Part shown: piece after piece, positions 52,064 through 60,908 of the stretch
Layout of the letters: the number at the start of each line of letters is the position of its first letter
Numbering within the stretch: position 1 is the first letter of the stretch
IMG/VR virus record: IMGVR_UViG_3300029850_000274
Location: 12,794 to 76,793 of that record
Origin: a virus
Taxonomy: Duplodnaviria; Heunggongvirae; Uroviricota; Caudoviricetes
Length of the DNA stretch: 64,000 nt
Reading direction: 5' to 3' (one strand)
Position numbers and translations under genes: made by a program
The notes under the pieces: generated by a model
What the model was told of the DNA's origin: nothing
The model's database searches: none
The model's input: only the letters and a program-made list of their open reading frames with translations

Positions 52064-52147
52064 TTCCTACAGCTGGATTCGAACCAGCGACTTTCATCTA
52101 ATGTTATCCTTGCTGTGATGATCCTCTACCAACTGAGGTATGTAGGA
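52064..52147 (-). tRNA. tRNA-like RNA with 18-nt anticodon loop
   Basis: Perfect acceptor, D and T arms; TCATC/GATGA stem closes ACAGCAAGGATAACATTA. Confidence 0.7.
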
Positions 52148-52150
52148 AAA

Positions 52151-52224
52151 CTGACATGACAGGAGTCGAACCTGCAACATCAACGTCCGTAGCGTTGTGC
52201 TCTATCCAATTGAGCTACATGTCA
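52151..52224 (-). tRNA. tRNA-Arg (ACG)
   Basis: TGACATG/CATGTCA, loop CTACGGA. Confidence 0.92.
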
Positions 52225-52476
52225 TTACAACATTTACCGCATCTCATACGTACACACTGGCGACACGGTATAATGCTAATCATTAAAGATATTGTGTGTA
52301 AAGATATCTTTAAAAACGACCTCAATCCACGTAGGAATTTAAGGTACTATCAAGACGAATAGAAGTGATGAACTTCTTAAGAATATTAGGAGAGGTATAC
52401 GTTACCAATATTCACCAGCCATCAGGGCATTCGCATATTTTTTGATCTGCGCATCGTATGCCTCTCAGATCTAGTC

Positions 52477-52562
52477 GTCCATGTTGAGGGAATCGAACCC
52501 ACTCGTGACCGAAGCCATCTGATTTACAGTCAGATCCGCCTCCTTAGCGGGATAAACATGGA
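52477..52562 (-). tRNA. tRNA-Tyr (GTA)
   Basis: Loop CTGTAAA, long variable arm, TTCGATT. Confidence 0.82.
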
Positions 52563-52603
52563 TATTAGCCCACAAGCCCGAAGGACATTGTAGGACAACC
52601 TAA

Positions 52604-52689
52604 CGCTGCGACAAGGATTCGAACCTTGATGTCACTCGGACACAATAGTTTTCAAGACTACGCCGTTATAACCATTTCGGTACCGCAGC
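52604..52689 (-). tRNA. tRNA-Ser (TGA)
   Basis: GCTGCGG/TCGCAGC, loop CTTGAAA, long variable arm. Confidence 0.88.
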
Positions 52690-52694
52690 AAAAG

Positions 52695-52786
52695 CGTACA
52701 GGATGGGCTACGACCCCATGTTACATGTATTCGCATGTAAGCCAGATTAGCAATCTGGTGCATTAAACCAACTCTGCCACCTGTAC
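52695..52786 (-). tRNA. tRNA-Ser (GCT), atypical T-loop GTCGTAG
   Basis: GTACAGG/CCTGTAC, loop TTGCTAA, long variable arm. Confidence 0.8.
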
Positions 52787-53429
52787 ATTCTGTATCTGTA
52801 TTAATTTCAACAAAACTAACACAAATTTTAGTGAGTGATTCCTCCTCACTTTTGGCATACTTATCCATACAATAAGCGAAATATAACATTTCCAGAATAT
52901 GCCATACACTTAATTGTGTAATTTTGTAGACCACTCTATAAAAAGACACACATTCTTTGTGCGATCAAAACACCTTGGATTAGAGTATCGCAAGTTTCTA
53001 CACGAGATCCACCTTGTACTTCGGCACCACTCTTTCAACGATTTGTGTTTTCTTTTATCAGCTAATAGCCTAAATCCACCGATCTTAGTCGGATCACTTC
53101 ACTTCTTGTTGGGCACGCAAGGTGCAATGTTTTATAATATTGATGGGGTAGCATTTTGTTACCCCATAAGGTAGCCCTAAAATAAGGCATCCTTATAATT
53201 TCAAAATTAATATCATGTCACTAAAAGGCGTCCAACATATTAGGTTTGATGACTTGTCGCCAAATATCCTATGGCAATTGACATGATATACGAACAATAA
53301 TATCCGCTGGGGCGTACGCTCCCTATGATTTATACCTCTGTGTTTTGCATGGCGTCCCATGCTCACCAAAATATCTTCATTAATGCCCTATAGGCGATAT
53401 TTCTTACGTGTGATAAAATTAGCTTTTTG

Positions 53430-54152
53430 TTACGATATTTTTTGACTATTTAAGTATGAATACTCTTTGAAAATTTCATTTTCTGCTTTTCTTCGAGCAG
53501 CAATTGCATCTTCTTTATTTTTAAACCATCCAAGAGTTGTTGTCTTACCATTTAATTTAATAGTTGCTTTCCACTTTTTATCTCGTATGTGATAGCTAAC
53601 ACCTGCACAACCACTTGTATTATTTGATTGCAACCGCTTATTCATATTATTCTGGGAACTTGTGACGATTCGTAATTCAGATTTACGATTATCATATTTT
53701 TTATGGTGAATATGATCAATTTCATCCTGCCTACGAGTCACTCCCATTATGTATCTGTGCATACTAATCCAATGCCCGTCGCTGGTTCTTGCTTGTACAT
53801 ACCCATTATGTATAGTCCAATAATAATCTTTGATTTTATCGTAATCTTCTAAATCGAAAAAGAATTGTTCATTCTTATAAGTATAACCAATTCCATATTC
53901 TCCTGATATGTCATATGTATTGTATTTTTTACATCGTTCTCTAACACTATCTGATACATAGCATCCACACGATTTAGAACCACCACTTTTTAAATTGTGT
54001 TGATCCACTCTTTTAATTGTTCCGCATTGACACTTACATAGCCATGCTGCTTTTTTATGCCCATTTTTCGAAACAAGATCATCAGCTTGTTTTAACACTG
54101 TCCATCTTCCAAAATGTAATCCAGTTAGATCTTTCGTAACTTTAACTATAAT
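53430..54152 (-). CDS. Free-standing HNH-AP2 homing endonuclease
   Basis: DLTG..FGRWTV, CQCG..SCGC, DHIHH..DNRKSELR, NNTSG..GV..AIAARRKAE; probable ATT/ATA start after AAGGAG. Confidence 0.85.
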   Translation of the reverse strand: MIVKVTKDLTGLHFGRWTVLKQADDLVSKNGHKKAAWLCKCQCGTIKRVDQHNLKSGGSKSCGCYVSDSVRERCKKYNTYDISGEYGIGYTYKNEQFFFDLEDYDKIKDYYWTIHNGYVQARTSDGHWISMHRYIMGVTRRQDEIDHIHHKKYDNRKSELRIVTSSQNNMNKRLQSNNTSGCAGVSYHIRDKKWKATIKLNGKTTTLGWFKNKEDAIAARRKAENEIFKEYSYLNSQKIS

Positions 54153-54162
54153 ACAACACTCC

Positions 54163-54552
54163 TTATTTAATTTTGTATACTTTCATATATTTTTTTCCAA
54201 ATCTTGTAACGGATTTGTGTGATGAAAAATACATGTCAATATGTTTCCCTTTAACTTTTGAGCCAACATCTTCCGCTATAAAAGTCTTACCATTGATTCT
54301 GATCTTAGTACCTAACTTAATTTTTCTCCTATCAACAGAAATGGTTCTGCCTTGTTTTGCTCTGCGACCTGAAGCAGTTCGGTTTCCCCAACCGCCAGAA
54401 CATGATCGACAACCGCAATATGCAGTAATCTTGTATGTTCCCAAACATTTGACTTTTTTATTTTTCGCAGAAACAGCAGTAGAAGTAGTGAATCCTCCAG
54501 CTGCAAGTAACATTACCATAACTAATGTGATAATTGAAATTTTCTTTTTCAT
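54163..54552 (-). CDS. Exported 3D-domain (MltA-like) cell-wall protein
   Basis: Signal peptide MKKKIS..; ITAYC..TASG..ISVD..AEDVG..HIDMY. Confidence 0.85.
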   Translation of the reverse strand: MKKKISIITLVMVMLLAAGGFTTSTAVSAKNKKVKCLGTYKITAYCGCRSCSGGWGNRTASGRRAKQGRTISVDRRKIKLGTKIRINGKTFIAEDVGSKVKGKHIDMYFSSHKSVTRFGKKYMKVYKIK

Positions 54553-54745
54553 GTTTTTCTCCTTTGGTTGCTTTTCAGTTTCCTCTGGAGGTCTACTATA
54601 TATTAATAGAACAGTTGCAAGTCTCGGATACCATCTCTGATTTTTTGTTTTTGATGACATAGACCTCGGAACTCACGGTGTGAAATTTCTTTAGCTGCAA
54701 ACAGCGTGAGCATTTGTACAAAGTACAAATTGGTATTTTGAGAGT

Positions 54746-55042
54746 TTATCTGTTCTGATTAATCTTATCTTTATATCTTTTGGAGATATGAGATGTAATT
54801 TTAATAATCTTGCCTTCACTAACAATTTCACCATTTGGCATAGTGCGCTGACATTTATCTCTGATTGAAGATTGTATATTTAATCCATTCATAATAGTGA
54901 TTTTGCAAGGTTGATTTTGTGCATCTGATAAATTTTGAAAAATAATATTTTCTGCTTCACCAAACACTTTTTTGACAATATCAATACGAATATTTTTGTT
55001 TTTTGCAATTTCTTTATACAAATCTAATTTGTTTATTGTCAT
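54746..55042 (-). CDS. Divergent HU-like DNA-binding protein
   Basis: 98 aa, basic, INKLDLYKEIA; downstream of the RNAP gene. Confidence 0.5.
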   Translation of the reverse strand: MTINKLDLYKEIAKNKNIRIDIVKKVFGEAENIIFQNLSDAQNQPCKITIMNGLNIQSSIRDKCQRTMPNGEIVSEGKIIKITSHISKRYKDKINQNR

Positions 55043-55096
55043 TCCTAACTCCTTTTTACAAGCATATTATAATGCTTCTCCATATACACACATTTC

Positions 55097-55161
55097 ATGT
55101 TCCGAAAAAATCGGTACATTTCATTTTTTTCAAAATTTTTGTACCGATTTTTTCGGAACAT
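55097..55161. repeat. 22-bp perfect inverted repeat
   Basis: ATGTTCCGAAAAAATCGGTACA / TGTACCGATTTTTTCGGAACAT. Confidence 0.9.
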
Positions 55162-55180
55162 TTTAACCCAATATCAAAAG

Positions 55181-58009
55181 CTAACATTCTGTATTTTGAC
55201 GTCTTTTCTTCATTAATTCTTTCTGAAATTTTTTTCTAAAAACTTTCTGGCAAGAATCACATCGAACCTTTTTAGCATTACGCACGTACACCTCAAACAA
55301 TTCTCCGCAATCGACACATTGTACTTTTTTCATTGGTTTGATTACGATATGATGCTTCAGATTCTCAACAATGTACTCTCCATAAACAAACCATAATAAT
55401 TGTTTATATCGTTTGTTTTTAGAATACAGATACTTAACAAGCATGTCCGTGATTTCAATTTCAGAATATCCAGTCTTTTCAAATTCTTTTAAAACCGTCT
55501 GCTTTACAAATGAATCGTTTGCTACACGTTCATCTACAATATTGAATTTGTATCTGTACTGTTTATTTAGACGATCATAAATTTCTACAACACTTTTATC
55601 AACTTTTGTATTAACATCAAACATCATTTTATCGTATTCAATTTCATCAATCTTAAGCTTCCGTGTATTAATCTGCACATTCGGTACAATGTCATACAAC
55701 TTATTAACAAAACTCTGATTTCGTTCTTCTACCTGAGATTCCATCTTGTCTTTTGCATACACAAAAAAGTGAGGAAGTTTCTTCTGTGTAAATTTTGCAA
55801 TTTGTTTAGCAACCTTTTCAGGACGAACAGGCTTGTATAAAGTTTTTGCATAATCAATGACGAAATTATTTTCCATGCACAAAAGTTTTACGGTGTCGAT
55901 GGCTTCTTGTTTATCTTCCTCAGACCCATTAACAAAAATATCACTGTTCCAAATCTTTGTAATGTTATTGCTATAAGGTCCGATATTACCTCCAGTAAAC
56001 GCATGAATCAATCCATTATAAATATTTTCTGGAGTAATCAAAACAGATTTTGCTTTTTTCATTTCATAATACAAAGGTACAACATTATTCATATTTCTTT
56101 CTGCAATATCAACGAAATTTTTATCTGCGACAACCAATGCTTTATCTCCATCATTGTCAAATTGTAAAATTCGTGAGATTAAATCACGCACGCTCGTATA
56201 CAACGCATTTGTAGTAAACCATTTTGAAATTTCGGCTTTTCTTTCTCCGTATGCATCGTAAGCAATGTTAAATCTTACTGCATGTTCCTTATATAAATGA
56301 GGACTTCTCAGACAATCAAGCTTATCATTTTTAGGAAACATCTTGCAGTACACTTCATGATCATCAAGCAATCCTTTAGGATTTTCAATATGTCCAAAGT
56401 AGTATTCACAAACTGCATATAAATCTGGAATTAAGAAAGTATATTTTCCATAAACATCTAGTTTTCCACTGCGATATTTCTTCAGCATACTATTCTTAAT
56501 TTCTCTGATAGTGTCTTTCGCATATGTATCATTTAATAAATTTGGATAGATTTTTACAGCTTCCTGAAAAGGTGTCATGTGAGTATTATATGGATTGATT
56601 CCCAAAGTTCTCTGCATATGTTGTACAGAATCACAAAGTGTAGAGATTTTTTTAACTGATCTTTTACTCAATGTTTCAATTTCTGTATCTGTAATATCAG
56701 TGAGCGTCTGCAACATCTGATAATTTATAGAAGCATTTTTTATGTATTCTTCCTCAACATTACACAAACCTGCGGTACATCCAAATTCGTGATAATATTG
56801 TTTATATTCTTCCCATGAATCATAATATTTCCACATCTTAAACTGACTTTTTGTGAAAATGATTTTAATATCTTCTTCAATAACATTATGTTTTTTGCCG
56901 TAAATATCTGTAATAATTGGCGACCAACCTTTTTCTTTGATCAGCTCAATAAATGCAAATTTCCCAAGAAGTCCTTTGATCCAAGGGATACGCACCATTG
57001 CATTTGCATTTAATACACTTGGGTCTGCGATTCCGCATCCGTCCATGTGAGGAATTGGAACAGAAGAAGAAACCCTCTTAATTTCATACGTCTTATCATC
57101 AATAGAATCAAAAAGTCCTGAAACCATAGTCTCCATATCATCTACAACGATTGATTTGTCAATGTCAAAATCTGCCCATAAATCAGTCGCTGAATTAGTC
57201 AATGCAAGGTAGGCTAAGTGTTTGTTAACATTGTTCCCTTGATGTTTTTCATCATTAATTTTGTCGATTGTAAGTCCACACATTAATGTTTTCTCATATT
57301 TCTGCCATGTTTCTTCCTTGATGAATACAGCTTTTTTTGTACGAATCTGACCAGCAGAAGAGGTGAAGTATCTATATTTTGTAATTACGCCATCTTTATC
57401 GCAGTAGTTCATACCATGGAAACAAAGATCTTTGAAAATATCGAAGTAATATACTTGGACAATAACTAAATCTTCGCATAACATATCGGTTTCTGCTTGA
57501 ATTGTCCTGCTTAAGAATGACTCAAACAGAGATACAGTATTTGTATCATTCAAATCTTTTTCATAAAAACATCGAATTTTTACTCGATCTTCATGCTCAT
57601 GCTTTGCAAGATTTACATTTGTATCAACCGCCCGCTTGAGCCTTAACAGTAGTTTTTCTTTGACATCTTTCGCAGGGAAAGTTTTATAACTTTTAAGCGT
57701 TGACCAATATTGGATCTGATCAAGTATATCATCAGACTGTCTTAGCTCTTTAAAGTTTTTATCATATATGGTGTCAATAATATCTTGTCTGCGCATATGA
57801 ATTGCTTCGATATTTTTAATCTGCTGATCAGAAAATCCTTGCTTTTTTGCTTGTTTTTCTAAATCCTTTAATTGATTATGTATTGCTGCACGTTCCTGTC
57901 GAATGTACATATTTTGCTTATGTAAAGCCTTTTCTTTTTCTGTGTAAAAATGCCCTGTATCCACAGAATGTACATGAATTTGTTTATCTAATGCCATTCT
58001 ACTCATCAT
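55181..58009 (-). CDS. YonO-like single-subunit double-psi-barrel RNA polymerase
   Basis: SAGQIR, DGCG, RxPWIKGLL, LRSPHL, catalytic QFDNDGD, IDYAK, C-terminal zinc ribbon. Confidence 0.88.
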   Translation of the reverse strand: MMSRMALDKQIHVHSVDTGHFYTEKEKALHKQNMYIRQERAAIHNQLKDLEKQAKKQGFSDQQIKNIEAIHMRRQDIIDTIYDKNFKELRQSDDILDQIQYWSTLKSYKTFPAKDVKEKLLLRLKRAVDTNVNLAKHEHEDRVKIRCFYEKDLNDTNTVSLFESFLSRTIQAETDMLCEDLVIVQVYYFDIFKDLCFHGMNYCDKDGVITKYRYFTSSAGQIRTKKAVFIKEETWQKYEKTLMCGLTIDKINDEKHQGNNVNKHLAYLALTNSATDLWADFDIDKSIVVDDMETMVSGLFDSIDDKTYEIKRVSSSVPIPHMDGCGIADPSVLNANAMVRIPWIKGLLGKFAFIELIKEKGWSPIITDIYGKKHNVIEEDIKIIFTKSQFKMWKYYDSWEEYKQYYHEFGCTAGLCNVEEEYIKNASINYQMLQTLTDITDTEIETLSKRSVKKISTLCDSVQHMQRTLGINPYNTHMTPFQEAVKIYPNLLNDTYAKDTIREIKNSMLKKYRSGKLDVYGKYTFLIPDLYAVCEYYFGHIENPKGLLDDHEVYCKMFPKNDKLDCLRSPHLYKEHAVRFNIAYDAYGERKAEISKWFTTNALYTSVRDLISRILQFDNDGDKALVVADKNFVDIAERNMNNVVPLYYEMKKAKSVLITPENIYNGLIHAFTGGNIGPYSNNITKIWNSDIFVNGSEEDKQEAIDTVKLLCMENNFVIDYAKTLYKPVRPEKVAKQIAKFTQKKLPHFFVYAKDKMESQVEERNQSFVNKLYDIVPNVQINTRKLKIDEIEYDKMMFDVNTKVDKSVVEIYDRLNKQYRYKFNIVDERVANDSFVKQTVLKEFEKTGYSEIEITDMLVKYLYSKNKRYKQLLWFVYGEYIVENLKHHIVIKPMKKVQCVDCGELFEVYVRNAKKVRCDSCQKVFRKKFQKELMKKRRQNTEC

Positions 58010-58208
58010 CCTCGCTTTCTTTAAAAATCATGTCTGTCATCTGTTCCATTTCAGTTCTTGGTTTCCTGAAAGCGTTTTTATGTAAACTTTCTGCTTTGAT
58101 CTGGCAATAAATATCTTCCGTAATCATTTCTCTGGTAGCAGCAGAACGACACATTCCTGCGCAAAACAGTACGGCACCGCCAATCAGAATCGTAGATAAA
58201 ACTATCAT
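57999..58208 (-). CDS. Small membrane-anchored hypothetical protein
   Basis: GGAGG RBS, hydrophobic N-terminus. Confidence 0.55.
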   Translation of the reverse strand: MIVLSTILIGGAVLFCAGMCRSAATREMITEDIYCQIKAESLHKNAFRKPRTEMEQMTDMIFKESEDDE

Positions 58209-58209
58209 T

Positions 58210-58638
58210 CTACTGCACCTCCACTGTATTTGACTTACCGCTTAGGTAATCACCTGCACATTCAAGAAGCTTATATATAGCATCAGCAGATTCAATATGT
58301 ATATCAAGATCACCAGCGGTTTCAAGCTCAACTACCTTAGCCATCAGAGCTGTTCTAAGAGAATATCTCTTTGCCGTGATTTGTAAATCATCTTCAAACT
58401 GATGCCAGATTGGGAAATCTCCTGTCTCTTTGGCAATTGAAAGTGTCACTGTAAATGTTTCATCCTCTTTGCCGTTTTCATCATTATGTCTGGCAGTAGC
58501 TAAAATTTTATGCTTTCTGTGATTGATCGGAATCTCAATGGTTGTCCCAAGGCTTTTATAACTGCGCTGTGGACGATTCTTTTTCTTCATTGCCTTCTGT
58601 TCTGCGTATTTTTCTTTATTAAATTTTCTGGATTTCAT
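58210..58638 (-). CDS. Hypothetical protein
   Basis: 142 aa, AAGGAG RBS. Confidence 0.65.
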   Translation of the reverse strand: MKSRKFNKEKYAEQKAMKKKNRPQRSYKSLGTTIEIPINHRKHKILATARHNDENGKEDETFTVTLSIAKETGDFPIWHQFEDDLQITAKRYSLRTALMAKVVELETAGDLDIHIESADAIYKLLECAGDYLSGKSNTVEVQ

Positions 58639-58715
58639 TGAAAAGTCTCCTTATTTATGTATTTGTTTAGTTTAATTATTAATTTGTGTTTATTATGTAT
58701 TTCAGTAATTCTTGC

Positions 58716-59153
58716 TTACTGTTCTGGTAAAATGTTCTTCTCAATCTTTCGCCAATCGTTGGGAAGGGATACCTTGAAATAAATGCCACGGGCACTCATG
58801 CTTTCTTTGACCATTTTGCATATCAGCGTGTGCTTGTGAAACCGCAGCAATTCTTTCACCTGATACCATTTGAAACAATAATCAGTGCCACCTGATCGAA
58901 TGTTACTCAAGATATCGTTGATGAAAATTCGATAATACTGGTCATGCGTTGGCTTATAGACCACGGCATCTGTTGTACTATCTCTTGCTCGAATACCATC
59001 ATTTCTTTTTAATCTTTTCTTTGAAGAAGGAGTAGTGCGTAGTCTCTGTGCTGCTAGTTTTACTGCAAACTGTTCTTGCGTCATGTTCTCAAATGAGATA
59101 CGGTCAGAAGTAGACAATAAGTCTTTGAGTTCTGTATTTAATTGTGTTGTCAT
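58716..59153 (-). CDS. Hypothetical basic protein
   Basis: 145 aa, AAAGGA RBS. Confidence 0.6.
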   Translation of the reverse strand: MTTQLNTELKDLLSTSDRISFENMTQEQFAVKLAAQRLRTTPSSKKRLKRNDGIRARDSTTDAVVYKPTHDQYYRIFINDILSNIRSGGTDYCFKWYQVKELLRFHKHTLICKMVKESMSARGIYFKVSLPNDWRKIEKNILPEQ

Positions 59154-59248
59154 GAAAATTTGTTAGATCCTTTCGTTATGTATATTATTGTTTAGTTAAT
59201 TTTTAATTTGTGTTTACTTGATTACTCACAATGCTGCCAACAAAGTGA

Positions 59249-60112
59249 TTAATCAAATGGAAGTTCCATATCATCTTCAATATGTTCGTAAATTTTATCT
59301 GCTTTTAATTGTTTTCTCTTAGAAGTAAGACGTCCTTCACATTCTTGAATTTCTTTTTTGTAGTCATAAATACTATCTAAGCGTCCTCTTTGTTGTAAAT
59401 CGTATTTATATTGATTTGCAAAAATAGTTCTTCCAGTTAATAAATTTGCAGAGCCTTTAAATCCAGACGTATGTTTACATGCAATAATTCCCATTTCTAC
59501 TAGATCATCCACACATTTTGCAATTGTGCTTTGGTTTAAACCCAAGTCATCGCTAATATTAGTGTAATATTGATGATATGTTTCTGGATATCTTTCTCGA
59601 TTTTTCTTCGTATTATAAGCCGAACCATATCTTGTATTAATATTTAATCTTAAATACGACAGGACAAGTAATAGTTTCCATGGCTTAATTCCAGAATACG
59701 AAGGGCTATTCCATGATTTTAAAATAAAATCAATTTCAAAGTCATATAAAATCGCAAAGTGTTCCTTTGGATAAAACATTTGAGAATCTGGACTAATAAT
59801 CAACATTGCATCTTTGGATGTGCTTATGTTAGAAGTTGTTACGTCTCCGAATAAAATCAATTGATTAATTAATTCACGGAATTGATCAATGTTTGCGTTT
59901 TTATGTCTATCTGGTGTTATTCCGATTAATTTAAATGCTGAGCTATAATTTAAATATATCATTGTTTGTTCTTCCCATGAATTAGTCAACGTATGTTTTT
60001 GAAGTAGTAGAAAGAACAAGACTCTATAATCATTAAACCTTGCATGGTCGTAGATTATATCGTAAGGAATCCTTTTAAAAAATGGTCGTTGTTTTGGTGG
60101 CGATATCGTCAT
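59249..60112 (-). CDS. Winged-helix DNA-binding protein, possible replication initiator
   Basis: Start MTISPPK after AAAGGAG; FKRIPYDII N-terminus; HTH ISDDLGLNQSTIAKCVDDLVEMGII. Confidence 0.55.
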   Translation of the reverse strand: MTISPPKQRPFFKRIPYDIIYDHARFNDYRVLFFLLLQKHTLTNSWEEQTMIYLNYSSAFKLIGITPDRHKNANIDQFRELINQLILFGDVTTSNISTSKDAMLIISPDSQMFYPKEHFAILYDFEIDFILKSWNSPSYSGIKPWKLLLVLSYLRLNINTRYGSAYNTKKNRERYPETYHQYYTNISDDLGLNQSTIAKCVDDLVEMGIIACKHTSGFKGSANLLTGRTIFANQYKYDLQQRGRLDSIYDYKKEIQECEGRLTSKRKQLKADKIYEHIEDDMELPFD

Positions 60113-60188
60113 ATTACGCTCCTTTCCTAAATGTGTAAAAGTTTGACTGTAAATAATTGGTAAACCCACACTATATGTGGGACAAGAA

Positions 60189-60246
60189 AAAATTTTCACA
60201 CAAAAATGTGTGTTAATGGTGTAAAATTTCCGCACAAAAATGTGTG
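60189..60246. repeat. Two 24-bp direct repeats (iteron/operator-like)
   Basis: AAAATTT(TCA/CCG)CACAAAAATGTGTG at 60189 and 60223. Confidence 0.7.
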
Positions 60247-60312
60247 GAAAGTGGGGTGCTAAAGAAGATTAAACCTTATTAGGGGAGATAATACTTCTTA
60301 AGCATATTAAAC

Positions 60313-60391
60313 ATTTGTAATACCGATTTTCATTTTTATTCATAGTTCACTACGTTCACTATTCATAAAAACAAAAATCGGTATTACAAAT
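60313..60391. repeat. 18-bp inverted repeat
   Basis: ATTTGTAATACCGATTTT / AAAATCGGTATTACAAAT. Confidence 0.85.
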
Positions 60392-60506
60392 TCTAGCCAA
60401 TGGTTTCACCATTGCCTTTGTTCGCTGACGCTCATCTCTTTTCTCTTTTGATCTTTCATCTGTCTTTTCTTTTTGTCTGTGTTATCTGTCTTGATAATTG
60501 TATTGA

Positions 60507-60908
60507 TCATCTTTCCATTTCTCCTTTCTTTGTTTTGTTCATCATGTAGATCATATATGATAATTGTTTTATATTTTCTTCCTGCAATGTCCGTAATCTT
60601 TTTCTTGCTATCTCATTGTAGTACAACCACATATATGATCTTGAAGATCTTGGATATAATATCTCAGAATGATCTTTCCAGTAATCATGAATCTTCATTG
60701 TAATTTCTTTTCTGGTATTTGCCAACATATATTCTCTGGAAGAATCTTTACACAGATTACCATGATTGATTATCTGGAATATCATATCTGATGTGATACC
60801 TGATGGCAAATTGAAAGAGAGTTTTGTCTCTTCATTGTAATTATGTATAAAATCATTTGTATTCTTCACGGTATATATCCTTTCTTTCTTCATTTTCTTT
60901 TTAAGCAT
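60507..60908 (-). CDS. Hypothetical protein
   Basis: 133-aa ORF, weak RBS. Confidence 0.4.
   Translation of the reverse strand: MLKKKMKKERIYTVKNTNDFIHNYNEETKLSFNLPSGITSDMIFQIINHGNLCKDSSREYMLANTRKEITMKIHDYWKDHSEILYPRSSRSYMWLYYNEIARKRLRTLQEENIKQLSYMIYMMNKTKKGEMER

Noticed and set aside
50929..53174. Track ORFs across the tRNA island
   Set aside because: They overlap tRNAs and structured RNAs and have no RBS or protein motifs
43194..58009. Inteins in terminase or RNA polymerase
   Set aside because: No intein terminal motifs or oversized inserts
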